Positions 30,071 to 39,119 of a stretch of DNA of 64,000 nt are shown here, piece after piece. Each line of letters opens with the position of its first letter. Position 1 is the first letter of the stretch. The translations under genes were made by a program, and so were the position numbers. Under the pieces are notes generated by a model. It was given only the letters and a program-made list of their open reading frames with translations, made no database searches and was not told the DNA's origin. Source of the DNA: an uncultured Pelagibacteraceae bacterium (GTDB lineage: Bacteria > Pseudomonadota > Alphaproteobacteria > Pelagibacterales > AG-422-B15); the NCBI GenBank assembly GCA_902590345.1, contig CACIWK010000001.1, forward strand, positions 142,010 through 206,009, written 5' to 3'.

Positions 30071-30526
30071 ATGCCCTGGACACATGAAAGAATTGAGAAG
30101 CTCAAACAGCTATGGGATGAAGGCCTAACAGCCAGTAGAATTGCAGCGGAATTAGGCGAAGTCACAAGAAATGCGGTAATTGGTAAAGCACACAGATTAG
30201 GTCTTTCTGGCAGGATGGCTTCAAAAAGTAAGAATAATGGAATTTCCATAATACGGAAAAAAAGAATAAATGTATCAAAAGGTCAGAGAGTAATTGATAT
30301 CTCACCTGTAATTGACGAGCCCATGAACCCAACGTCATTTCAAGATATTAAGGATGGCTTATGTAGATGGCCTTTGGGAGAGCCAGAAGAAGTAGGTTTT
30401 AAATTCTGTGGCAGAAACACAAATGAAGGATTTGTATATTGCCAATCTCATCATAAACAAGCTTATCAGCCGTTAAGCAAGTTAAGAGAAAGAAAGAAAG
30501 TCAAAAGGAAATATAGAATTTCTTAA
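30071..30526 (+). CDS. gcrA: cell cycle regulator GcrA
   Basis: WTHERIEKLKQLWDEGLTASRIAAELG..TRNAVIGKAHRLGL N-terminal domain; C-terminal CRWPLG...FCG...YC region; AAGGAG Shine-Dalgarno sequence. Confidence 0.85.
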   Translation: MPWTHERIEKLKQLWDEGLTASRIAAELGEVTRNAVIGKAHRLGLSGRMASKSKNNGISIIRKKRINVSKGQRVIDISPVIDEPMNPTSFQDIKDGLCRWPLGEPEEVGFKFCGRNTNEGFVYCQSHHKQAYQPLSKLRERKKVKRKYRIS

Positions 30527-30614
30527 AAGATAAATTCAAGTGAAAGGCTTAGGCCAAAAGAAAAAATCAATAAGATAACAATTACAAATATTACTCCATT
30601 AATTAAATTCATTC

Positions 30615-31679
30615 TTAATCCTTTTTATATTTAGGTGCAAGTTTTTCGCCGTTTCGAATTTTATCTTTGATCTCTTTTATTGTTGACTCCATTCTAACAT
30701 ATCTTTCTGCAGTGGATGGATGTGTTCCTCCAGTTGAGTAAATTGAATTAGGAACTTCTACAGCAAACCTTCTCCAAAAATTCACCGCATCATCCAAGTT
30801 ATAACCTGATTTCGCTAAAATATACATACTTAGATAATCAGCTTCATTCTCATATTCAACTGAATAAGCTGTAGCGCCAATACTTTGACCCATTTCCATC
30901 ATATCTTGTGGCAGACCAATATATATTCCCACCAATAAACCTAGCAGAGCACCGGTCGATGCATTTTGCATTTTATCAGCCACATGTTTATTTGCATTGT
31001 GACCCAGTTCATGTGCAAAAACAATTGCTGCACCCGTCTCATTTTGTATTAGCCATTTTGCCATCCTGAGAGAAAAAACCATAATCTCTCCATTTGCAAA
31101 AGCATTGAAAGTGTTGTTATCAAGATCAATTACAAAGTTAAAACGACATCTTTGCTCGCTTCTAATTTTTATAGTTTTAAACTCATCTCCCCTAAGGATC
31201 TTGAATTCATATAATTTTTGATATTCTTTATCAATTTTCTCAATATAAGATTTGAACGCATCTTCACCCTGAATTAAGCTTTCACCATCTATTTCTAAAA
31301 TCTCGTCACCAACTAAGATACCTGCTTTGCTTGCAGGCGAGTGATTACCTAAACTTACAACTTTTAATTTTGAGTTTAGTGAAAGGCTTTTGTTGATTTC
31401 TTTACGGATACTTTCGTATGCAGAGAACTCATTTGCAAGATTCATACCCAATGCGAATATTCGATCATCCTCAGCACATAGATCTGAAGCGCTGAACAAT
31501 ATGTCAGTACCCATAGTTGAAAATGGCAAATATGTGTCAAGCCATGAGTCAGCAAACATTTGGTTTTGTATATCTCTTTCTTTATCAGTTATTGTTGTAC
31601 TGTAGTCTGGAAGCTGTGTTTGCGGTTGAGCACAAGAAATAAGAAACAACAAAGCTAAAATTGAGAATTTTTTAATCAT
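30615..31679 (-). CDS. M48 family metallopeptidase lipoprotein with PDZ-like insert
   Basis: Lipobox LFLISC; HELGHN zinc motif; PDZ-like SPASKAGILVGDEILEIDG. Confidence 0.75.
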   Translation of the reverse strand: MIKKFSILALLFLISCAQPQTQLPDYSTTITDKERDIQNQMFADSWLDTYLPFSTMGTDILFSASDLCAEDDRIFALGMNLANEFSAYESIRKEINKSLSLNSKLKVVSLGNHSPASKAGILVGDEILEIDGESLIQGEDAFKSYIEKIDKEYQKLYEFKILRGDEFKTIKIRSEQRCRFNFVIDLDNNTFNAFANGEIMVFSLRMAKWLIQNETGAAIVFAHELGHNANKHVADKMQNASTGALLGLLVGIYIGLPQDMMEMGQSIGATAYSVEYENEADYLSMYILAKSGYNLDDAVNFWRRFAVEVPNSIYSTGGTHPSTAERYVRMESTIKEIKDKIRNGEKLAPKYKKD

Positions 31680-32551
31680 TTCCGTTCTGAATGTTCTTTT
31701 CGAATCATATAGTATGAGTGAATAAATATAATAATTATTATAAAAATACCACCAATCAAGGTCTTTTCGGTTGGTACTTCACTGATAAAAAACCACACCC
31801 ATAAAGGTCCTAAGGCCGTCTCGAGCAAAAAGAAAATTCCTACTTCAGGAGAACTAATGAATTGCGGTGCAATACTTATAAATACAAAGGATACACCTAC
31901 TGTAACTATCATTAATGACAAAAGTATTAAATCAGTTGAATTAATTATGAAACTATTAACAAAGAATACTGCTACGCAAGCTGTTAAAAGTTTTCCTAAT
32001 ATATATGAGGGTACAAAATTGATATTTGGTGAACTTCTCATTACGGTTAAGCTTGCTCCAACAAATGCAGCACAAAGAAGTCCATAAAAATCACCCAGAT
32101 ATCGATTAAGCTCGTATGACTCATAGAAAATATAAATTACAGCAATCAAACAACCAAGAGAGCAGATCCAAGTGATCAATTGCGGTTTTTCATGAAGAAA
32201 AATAAATGAAAATATTGACGCAATTATCGGTACAAGACTAATCATTATTAAAGCATTTGCGACATCTGTATTCGCTAAGGCTAAAATAAATGTAATGTTA
32301 GATCCCATTATTAAAACTGCATTTAACAGCCCGGGTTTTCCGATACTCATAAAATCTGATACAGCTCTAGCACTGAAGAAAACAAAATAGCCAATTAATA
32401 ATGCAGTTCCAGGAAACAGAGATCTATAAAACAAAAGGTTCCATGTATCAATTGATACGAGTCTTATGATTAGTGAGTCTGGAGTTACAATCATTACTCC
32501 AATAAATGCAAGTAGGGTTCCCTTTTGTGTATTTGATAATTTGTTAAACAT
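31676..32551 (-). CDS. EamA/DMT family transporter
   Basis: Ten hydrophobic segments in two EamA-like halves; ATGA-type overlap with the M48 gene. Confidence 0.75.
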   Translation of the reverse strand: MFNKLSNTQKGTLLAFIGVMIVTPDSLIIRLVSIDTWNLLFYRSLFPGTALLIGYFVFFSARAVSDFMSIGKPGLLNAVLIMGSNITFILALANTDVANALIMISLVPIIASIFSFIFLHEKPQLITWICSLGCLIAVIYIFYESYELNRYLGDFYGLLCAAFVGASLTVMRSSPNINFVPSYILGKLLTACVAVFFVNSFIINSTDLILLSLMIVTVGVSFVFISIAPQFISSPEVGIFFLLETALGPLWVWFFISEVPTEKTLIGGIFIIIIIFIHSYYMIRKEHSERK

Positions 32552-32560
32552 AAATTTTAA

Positions 32561-32637
32561 TGGCGCGCCGGGAGAGATTCGAACTCCCGACCCCCAGATT
32601 CGTAGTCTGGTGCTCTATCCAGCTGAGCCACCGGCGC
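32561..32637 (-). tRNA. tRNA-Arg (anticodon ACG)
   Basis: The reverse complement reads GCGCCGGTGGCTCAGCTGGATAGAGCACCAGACTACGAATCTGGGGGTCGGGAGTTCGAATCTCTCCCGGCGCGCCA. It has a 7-bp acceptor stem, anticodon loop CT-ACG-AA, a GTTCGAATC T-loop and an encoded CCA. Confidence 0.9.
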
Positions 32638-32669
32638 ATATAGGTTGATTATAGTTTATTTTCGTATAA

Positions 32670-33365
32670 TCAAACCAAAAATCTTTTTTTTATAAATTTG
32701 TAAATTACAGGAACTATTACAATTATACTTATCAATAAAACAGGAAGTAAATACTCTATTTTTAAAATATCACTTGATGAGAAATTTTGCGTTTCCATAA
32801 TATTTTGAATTCCATTTCCAATACTCACTAAAATATATGCCCAGGGAATAACACCAAAGATCGTTGCTATAAAATAGTCTCTAAACTTCATATCCAAGAC
32901 AGCTGGAAGTAAATTTTGTATTCCAAATGGAACTCCTCCTATTACTCTTATAAAGAGTAAGTAGCTTATCGAATTACGATTAAAACCATCTTTGAACTTT
33001 TTAAATCTTTCACCGAATTGTTTTAAAATATAAGCTTTAAATAAGTATCTACCGTACAAGAATACAATTACTGCTCCCGTGATTTCACCAATTATAGCTA
33101 TGAGTAATCCTATATATAGACCAAAGTAAAATCCTGCTAAAATACACACTGGTGTTATTGGACCCATTAAAGAAATCATCACTGCAATTATTAGGATGCA
33201 TATAACAACTGAGAGTGATGGATAGGAAAGAATATAATCCTGAATATATCCATGTTGGTTTATTAGGAATTCCATGGATATAGGGTTATATTTCCCCAGA
33301 AAATATAAAATTAGAATGATAGCAAGACCAATCCCCAGTAACCTTAATGACTTATTTTTAAACAT
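32670..33365 (-). CDS. TVP38/TMEM64 (DedA-related, SNARE-associated) membrane protein
   Basis: Multi-TM protein with the VIGGVPFGIQNLLPAV region typical of this family. Confidence 0.6.
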   Translation of the reverse strand: MFKNKSLRLLGIGLAIILILYFLGKYNPISMEFLINQHGYIQDYILSYPSLSVVICILIIAVMISLMGPITPVCILAGFYFGLYIGLLIAIIGEITGAVIVFLYGRYLFKAYILKQFGERFKKFKDGFNRNSISYLLFIRVIGGVPFGIQNLLPAVLDMKFRDYFIATIFGVIPWAYILVSIGNGIQNIMETQNFSSSDILKIEYLLPVLLISIIVIVPVIYKFIKKRFLV

Positions 33366-33388
33366 ATTTCTTATTTAATGAATATTAA

Positions 33389-33417
33389 TTGACTATCAAT
33401 AGAATGCAATTTATAAG
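33389..33417 (+). promoter_or_regulatory. sigma-70-like promoter for rpmH
   Basis: TTGACT, 17 nt spacer, then TATAAG, about 25 nt upstream of the rpmH ATG. Confidence 0.4.
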
Positions 33418-33441
33418 CCAATCACCTAACAAAATAGAGTT

Positions 33442-33576
33442 ATGAAAAGAACATTTCAACCAAGCAACTTAGTCAGAAAAAGACGTCATGGATTCAGAGC
33501 ACGTTCTGCGACTAAAGATGGAAGGATTATTTTGGCTAGGCGCCGTGCTAAGGGCAGAAAAGTTCTCTCAGCTTAG
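33442..33576 (+). CDS. rpmH: 50S ribosomal protein L34
   Basis: Not in the ORF track (44 aa). Translates to [44 protein letters not shown]. Confidence 0.9.
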   Translation: MKRTFQPSNLVRKRRHGFRARSATKDGRIILARRRAKGRKVLSA

Positions 33577-33589
33577 AACAAGATATTCA

Positions 33590-33922
33590 ATGAACAAATT
33601 AGAGACATTAAAATCCTCAAAGGATTTTCAAAGAGCTAAAAGTGGACTCTTCTTTAGAAGTAAGTCCTTTTTATTGCAGGCTTACAAGGATAAATCATGT
33701 AACAAGGTAAAAGTTGGATACACAGTTTCAAAACAAAATGGAAACGCTGTCGTAAGAAATAAAATAAAGAGGCGATTAAGAGTAATTGCAAAAAATATTA
33801 TTGGGGAATATGGTATTAAAAATTGGAATTACGTAATTATTGGTAAGAAGAACTCGCTTATTGAAGATTTTAAAAATCTAGAATTTGAAATGAATACAGC
33901 AATTAAAAAAATTCATAGTTAA
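33590..33922 (+). CDS. rnpA: ribonuclease P protein component
   Basis: RNR motif NAVVRNKIKRRLR. The start is set at the ATG at 33590 (MNKLETLKSSKDF), because the tracked start at 33488 overlaps rpmH. Confidence 0.8.
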   Translation: MNKLETLKSSKDFQRAKSGLFFRSKSFLLQAYKDKSCNKVKVGYTVSKQNGNAVVRNKIKRRLRVIAKNIIGEYGIKNWNYVIIGKKNSLIEDFKNLEFEMNTAIKKIHS

Positions 33923-33925
33923 CAA

Positions 33926-34159
33926 ATGAAATCAATTTTTATATTTCTTATAGTATTATATCAAAGATTAATCTCTCCATATTTTCCCTCATCATGTCGT
34001 TTTATGCCAACATGCTCTGAGTATGCAAAAGAGGCAATTGAAGAGCACGGCTTAATTAAGGGAACATATTTAGGTATGAAGAGAATAACAAAATGTCATC
34101 CAATAAAGCTTTTAGGTGGTTCGGAAGGTTATGATCCTGTTCCAAAAGAGAAGAAGTAA
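33926..34159 (+). CDS. yidD: membrane protein insertion efficiency factor YidD
   Basis: [27 protein letters not shown]. Confidence 0.85.
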   Translation: MKSIFIFLIVLYQRLISPYFPSSCRFMPTCSEYAKEAIEEHGLIKGTYLGMKRITKCHPIKLLGGSEGYDPVPKEKK

Positions 34160-34162
34160 CCT

Positions 34163-35884
34163 ATGGAAAGTAGAAATCTAATACTTGCAATAATACTCTC
34201 GGTAGGTGTTCTATTTATCTGGAGCTTTTTCTTTGAAGCACCTGAGCAAGAAATGCTTAATGGAGAAATAGAAAGTGGTGACGTGTCTGAGGTGAACTCA
34301 AATGAACTTGATATGGAAGCCATTGATGAAATTGAGAGATCTCTTGGTATTGCCGAAAATGATAACATTGGTTTAGACGAGGCGCTGAGCGCTGATAAAA
34401 GAGTAAAAATTGAAACAGACAGCATTATTGGGTCAATAAATCTTAAAGGTCTAAGAATTGATGACATTGTTCTCAAAAAATATAATGAAACTCAAGAGGA
34501 GTTTTCAGAAAAAATTAGAGTTTTACGACCAATTGATACTTATGATGGCTATGAAGTAACATTTGGATGGATTAAAAATCAGGACGCTAATTTTGAAACA
34601 CCAAATGCTGAGTCTATCTGGAAAGTGTCTAATAGCAATGCTACTCTCACATCTAACAACGAAGTTGAATTTGAATGGAGCAATACAACTGGCCAAACAT
34701 TTATAACGACAATCGGCTTAGATGAAGACTATTTATTTGATATTACACAAGAAGTTAAAAATAATTCTAAAGAAGAAATTATTATAAATAACGCAAGTAA
34801 GGTAACAAGAAAGCAGGCACCTTCTTTATCTGGCATGTTTATTCTGCATGAGGGGTTGCTTGGTGTCTTACAAGAAAAGCTTGAATTAATAGATTACGAC
34901 GATCTAAAAGATGATGAAGAAACACTAAACTTTGAAAGTGATAATGGTTGGGTGGGCATTACAGATAAATACTGGTTAGCTGCGCTCATTCCAGATCAGA
35001 ATAAATCATTCAAAGCTATTTATACTTATGATAACGGATACATCGCTTACTATAGATCTCTAAATGCAACAAAAGTTGAAGCTGGCAGCGATCACATTGT
35101 TGAGAGTCAAATATTTATTGGTGCTAAAGAAGCAAAACTCATCGATCGATATCAAGAAGATTATGGGATTTATAATTTTGATTTAGCGATTGACTGGGGC
35201 TGGTTCTATTTTCTCACAAAACCTTTATTCAACGTAATTTACTTCTTTTCTGAATTATCAGGAAACTTTGGTCTAGCTATCATCATATTAACAGTTATTA
35301 CAAGAATTGTTTTCTTTCCTCTTGCTAACTGGTCATTCATCTCGATGGCTAAGATGAAAATGCTTCAACCTGAAATGACAAGAATTAAAGAACTTCACAA
35401 AGATGATAGAGCGCAGCAACAACAGGCGCTGATGGCTTTGTATAAAAAGGAAAAAGTAAATCCAATCTCAGGATGTTTGCCAATACTTATTCAAATTCCA
35501 TTTTTCTTTGCGATTTATAAGATGTTATTTGTTTCAATTGAAATGAGGCATGCCCCTTTTTATGGATGGATTCAAGACCTTGCTGCAAAGGATCCAACGA
35601 CCATATTTAATCTTTTCGGTCTCATACCGTGGGATCCGCCATCATTTATGATTATAGGGATTTGGCCAGTGTTGATGGGCTTAACTATGTACATACAACA
35701 AAAACTCAACCCAGCTCCTCCCGATCCAATACAAGCAAGAATATTCATGTTCTTTCCGCTCTTTATAACAATTCTCTTAGCACAATTTGCTGCTGGTCTT
35801 GTAATTTACTGGACAACAAATAACGTGCTCTCAATTATTCAGCAGTGGATAATCAATAAAAGAACCACGGTCAAAACAAATTAA
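34163..35884 (+). CDS. yidC: membrane protein insertase YidC
   Basis: Large periplasmic domain followed by NFGLAIIILTVITRIVFFPL and PISGCLPILIQIPFFFAIY. Confidence 0.9.
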   Translation: MESRNLILAIILSVGVLFIWSFFFEAPEQEMLNGEIESGDVSEVNSNELDMEAIDEIERSLGIAENDNIGLDEALSADKRVKIETDSIIGSINLKGLRIDDIVLKKYNETQEEFSEKIRVLRPIDTYDGYEVTFGWIKNQDANFETPNAESIWKVSNSNATLTSNNEVEFEWSNTTGQTFITTIGLDEDYLFDITQEVKNNSKEEIIINNASKVTRKQAPSLSGMFILHEGLLGVLQEKLELIDYDDLKDDEETLNFESDNGWVGITDKYWLAALIPDQNKSFKAIYTYDNGYIAYYRSLNATKVEAGSDHIVESQIFIGAKEAKLIDRYQEDYGIYNFDLAIDWGWFYFLTKPLFNVIYFFSELSGNFGLAIIILTVITRIVFFPLANWSFISMAKMKMLQPEMTRIKELHKDDRAQQQQALMALYKKEKVNPISGCLPILIQIPFFFAIYKMLFVSIEMRHAPFYGWIQDLAAKDPTTIFNLFGLIPWDPPSFMIIGIWPVLMGLTMYIQQKLNPAPPDPIQARIFMFFPLFITILLAQFAAGLVIYWTTNNVLSIIQQWIINKRTTVKTN

Positions 35885-35885
35885 A

Positions 35886-36773
35886 ATGTCTATAAAAAAT
35901 AATGTGAGTGAAAGCTCTGAGCTTTTACAGAAATATTGGCCATCTGGAAAAAAATATTTTAAAGGCACAGACCAATTTATAAAAAGATATAAAAATCGAA
36001 TTATTGTTATCAAATACGGAGGTTATGCTCTTACAAAACCATATTTAGTAAAATCTTTTGCAAAAAATATTGCTCTTCTGAACCAATTGGGAATGAAAGT
36101 TATTATTGTTCATGGTGGAGGGCCGCAAATTGAAAATCAATTGAGAAAGAAAAAAATTAAGAATGAAGAATACCTAGGTTTAAGGGTTACAACAAAACAG
36201 ATCTTAAGTGTTGTTAAGACGGTTCTAGCCAATGATCTCAATAAACTTATTTCAAATGAAATTACAAAATATGGCGGTAAACCCAAACGTTTTGATGGAA
36301 TAAGACAAAAAATCATCAATGCAAAAATAGCCATGAATGGGAATATTGGTTTTGTTGGAGAGCCCAAAAAAATTAATAAATCATTAATTCAAGCAGCGCT
36401 GGGTAAAGATCAAATACCTGTGATTGCACCGTTGGGATATGATTCAAATAAAAATACGCTAAATATTAATGCTGATACTGCAGCTGCGTTTATCGCTGAG
36501 ACAGTCAAAGCCGAAAGACTTCTGCTTTTGACAGATGTAGAAGGGGTAATGGATAATAACAAAAAATTAATTACCGAGCTGGATCGTAAAAAAGCATTTC
36601 AATACATAAAAAAAGGCACTATAAAAAGTGGTATGATTCCCAAAATTAAGGCGTGTTTCAATACCCTTAAAAATGGGGCAAAAGGAGTTGCTTTAATCGA
36701 TGGTCGTAAACAAAATGCCGTGGTTATGGAGCTTTTAACCACGAAAGGTGCAGGAACACTGATAAAAAAATGA
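35886..36773 (+). CDS. argB: acetylglutamate kinase
   Basis: IVIKYGG and IVHGGGPQI amino-acid kinase motifs. Confidence 0.85.
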   Translation: MSIKNNVSESSELLQKYWPSGKKYFKGTDQFIKRYKNRIIVIKYGGYALTKPYLVKSFAKNIALLNQLGMKVIIVHGGGPQIENQLRKKKIKNEEYLGLRVTTKQILSVVKTVLANDLNKLISNEITKYGGKPKRFDGIRQKIINAKIAMNGNIGFVGEPKKINKSLIQAALGKDQIPVIAPLGYDSNKNTLNINADTAAAFIAETVKAERLLLLTDVEGVMDNNKKLITELDRKKAFQYIKKGTIKSGMIPKIKACFNTLKNGAKGVALIDGRKQNAVVMELLTTKGAGTLIKK

Positions 36774-37594
36774 GTGATAATACAGAATTAAAAAATAAAA
36801 TTGAAAGTGCTTGGGAAAATATTGCTAAAATTTCTCCTAACGATACGGACATCGCTGATGCTGTAAATGAAGTTATAAAAAAACTTGATAATGGACAATT
36901 TAGAATTGCAGAAAAAAACGGCAATGATTGGATTGTTAATCAGTGGTTAAAAAAAGCCGTTCTTATATCATTCCGAATAAATGATAATAAAATTTTAAAA
37001 GGACCCTATACGTCTTGGTATGACAAGGTGAAAGGTAAAACTGTTGATTGGAATGAGGATCAATGGAAAGAAGCTGGCTACCGACATGTTCCAAATGGTA
37101 CCGTTCGCGAAGGATCATTCATAGGTAAAGGTGTAGTTCTGATGCCATCCTTTGTAAATATTGGCGCTTATATTGATGAAGGCACAATGGTTGATACATG
37201 GGCAACTGTTGGCTCATGTGCTCAGATTGGAAAAAACTGTCACTTATCAGGCGGTGTTGGTATTGGCGGTGTTTTAGAACCGCTACAAGCAAATCCAGTA
37301 ATAATTGAAGACAACTGTTTTGTTGGTGCGAGAGCTGAAGTTGCCGAAGGTGTAATTGTTAGAGAAGGATCGGTTCTTTCAATGGGAGTATATTTAGGAG
37401 CATCAACAAAAATTGTGAACAGGTCTACAGGTGAAATTAGTTACGGTGAAGTGCCTGCTTATTCTGTAGTAGTTCCAGGAAGCCTTCCAAATGAAGACCC
37501 TAAAAAGCCGAGTTTATATTGTGTTGTAATCGTTAAAACAGTTGATGAAAACACAAGAAAGAAAACATCGATAAACGATCTACTCAGAGAATAA
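36770..37594 (+). CDS. dapD: 2,3,4,5-tetrahydropyridine-2,6-dicarboxylate N-succinyltransferase
   Basis: Hexapeptide-repeat core [40 protein letters not shown]; ATGA overlap with argB. Confidence 0.9.
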   Translation: MSDNTELKNKIESAWENIAKISPNDTDIADAVNEVIKKLDNGQFRIAEKNGNDWIVNQWLKKAVLISFRINDNKILKGPYTSWYDKVKGKTVDWNEDQWKEAGYRHVPNGTVREGSFIGKGVVLMPSFVNIGAYIDEGTMVDTWATVGSCAQIGKNCHLSGGVGIGGVLEPLQANPVIIEDNCFVGARAEVAEGVIVREGSVLSMGVYLGASTKIVNRSTGEISYGEVPAYSVVVPGSLPNEDPKKPSLYCVVIVKTVDENTRKKTSINDLLRE

Positions 37595-37597
37595 ATT

Positions 37598-38743
37598 ATG
37601 GAAGTTGTTGAACTAACAAAATCACTTATTTCTTGTCCAAGTGTTACACCTAATAACGAAGGGGTATTAGACCTACTCCAAAAGGAGCTCACTGACATGG
37701 GATTTGTATGCAATCGTTATTTATTTAGTGATACTGATACCCCGGATGTAGACAATTTATTCGCAAAGATTGGGAGTGGTGCACCACATTTATGTTTTGG
37801 TGGTCATACTGATGTTGTTCCTGTTGGTGATGAAAATGCATGGAATTCAAATCCATTTGAGGCCACTGAAAAAAATGGAAAGTTATATGGCCGTGGTGCG
37901 AGTGATATGAAATCTGCTATAGCTGCATTTGTTTCAGCAGTAAGAGAATACCTAGAGAATAATGAGATGAAAGGCACCATAAGTCTCTTAATTACAAATG
38001 ATGAAGAAGGTCCTGCAATCAATGGGACAAGAAAAGTACTAGAAGAAATTTATAAAAATGGAGAAAAGATAGATAGTTGCTTGGTAGGGGAACCAACATG
38101 CCCAAGTAATTTAGGTGAAATGATTAAAATTGGAAGAAGAGGCAGTATTACCACAACTATTAAAGTTTCAGGGAAACAAGGTCATGTTGCCTATCCAGAA
38201 TGGACTCTCAACCCAATAAATCCTCTGACATCAATACTCAATACACTGTGTAATTTAGAGCTTGATAAAGGTACAGAAGACTTTCCACCATCAAATATGG
38301 AAATTGTTAAAATTGAGTCAAGTGAAGGTGCGACTAATATTGTTCCACAAACCTCAACTGGAATATTTAATATTCGGTACAATATTAATCACACAAAAGA
38401 GAGTCTTCAATCAATGATCAATGAAGTTGTTTCAAAAAATATCAATAATAGTGACTATAAAGTTGATATAACTTTTAACAATTCTGCAGAACCATTTTTA
38501 ACTGAAAAAGGTAAATTTACAGAGATAGTGAAAAGTTCTGTTGATGAGATTACAGGAATGAATTCTTCACTAACAACAACAGGTGGAACATCAGATGCAA
38601 GATTTTTTAAAGACTACTGCGAAGTAGCAGAGTTTGGACTTATTGGAGAGACCGCACACCAAATTGATGAAAATGTAAATACTGAGGACATAACTAAGCT
38701 TAAAGAAATTTATAGTCTTATAATCACTAAGTACTTCCAATAA
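37598..38743 (+). CDS. dapE: succinyl-diaminopimelate desuccinylase
   Basis: M20 motifs GGHTDVVP, GRGASDMKS, NDEEG. Confidence 0.85.
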   Translation: MEVVELTKSLISCPSVTPNNEGVLDLLQKELTDMGFVCNRYLFSDTDTPDVDNLFAKIGSGAPHLCFGGHTDVVPVGDENAWNSNPFEATEKNGKLYGRGASDMKSAIAAFVSAVREYLENNEMKGTISLLITNDEEGPAINGTRKVLEEIYKNGEKIDSCLVGEPTCPSNLGEMIKIGRRGSITTTIKVSGKQGHVAYPEWTLNPINPLTSILNTLCNLELDKGTEDFPPSNMEIVKIESSEGATNIVPQTSTGIFNIRYNINHTKESLQSMINEVVSKNINNSDYKVDITFNNSAEPFLTEKGKFTEIVKSSVDEITGMNSSLTTTGGTSDARFFKDYCEVAEFGLIGETAHQIDENVNTEDITKLKEIYSLIITKYFQ

Positions 38744-38876
38744 AAATCAACTATTTATCAATTTTAGAGCTATTTAGGTATTATACTATTAGCAACATTA
38801 GCATGATGGTCAAAGCTATATCCAATTTAAGGGGGGAAGGATTAAAATTCCATCTAGTTCCAAACATAATAAATAC

Positions 38877-38978
38877 CTAAATAATTGCTCCAGCTATTTG
38901 AAAAAGAAAGTAAACAGTCAAGATTACTGGGAAAGCCCTAAGAAAGTAGTTAAATGATTGCTCAAATATTTTTTTCAT
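38877..38978 (-). CDS. possible 33-aa hydrophobic mini-protein, open in frame past a TAG for 31 more codons (to the TAA at 38781-38783)
   Basis: Hand translation gives MKKIFEQSFNYFLRAFPVILTVYFLFQIAGAII-TAG-VFIMFGTRWNFNPSPLKLDIALTIMLMLLIV-TAA. That is 65 codons with a single stop, in AT-rich DNA. Confidence 0.2.
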   Translation of the reverse strand: MKKIFEQSFNYFLRAFPVILTVYFLFQIAGAII

Positions 38979-39023
38979 AATTATCTGTTACAGATTATTT
39001 GCTGAATTCGGGAGGGGAATAAC

Positions 39024-39119
39024 ATGTCAATTTGGCAAAGGCATAAAATTAATATTGATAGCTATTTGATTAGTATGTGGCCATGTTTGATGAAATGTAT
39101 AGCGATGACGCTCAAATAA
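39024..39119 (+). CDS. possible 31-codon upstream ORF with a strong Shine-Dalgarno sequence, overlapping the ATP-grasp gene start
   Basis: GGAGGGG at 39011-39017 lies about 8 nt before the ATG at 39024. Translation: MSIWQRHKINIDSYLISMWPCLMKCIAMTLK. Confidence 0.2.
   Translation: MSIWQRHKINIDSYLISMWPCLMKCIAMTLK

Noticed and set aside
32561-32637. tRNA-Arg as an integration hotspot or genomic island boundary.
   Set aside because: There is no integrase, no phage genes and no visible direct repeat of the tRNA 3' end nearby. The flanking genes are ordinary membrane proteins.
32466-32648. A 60-aa plus-strand ORF next to the EamA gene.
   Set aside because: It is the antisense reading of tRNA-Arg; the GC-rich tRNA keeps the frame open.
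33488-33589. A long N-terminal extension of the rnpA ORF.
   Set aside because: It overlaps the rpmH coding sequence in another frame. Canonical RnpA length (about 110 aa) is obtained from the ATG at 33590.
34129-34476. A Ser/Leu-rich 115-aa minus-strand ORF over the yidD/yidC junction.
   Set aside because: It is antisense to the acidic N-terminal region of YidC, low in complexity, and has no start context.
33366-35884. The rpmH-rnpA-yidD-yidC block as an indicator of the replication origin.
   Set aside because: There is no dnaA or dnaN nearby, and I noticed no cluster of DnaA boxes. In alphaproteobacteria the origin is usually elsewhere (hemE region).
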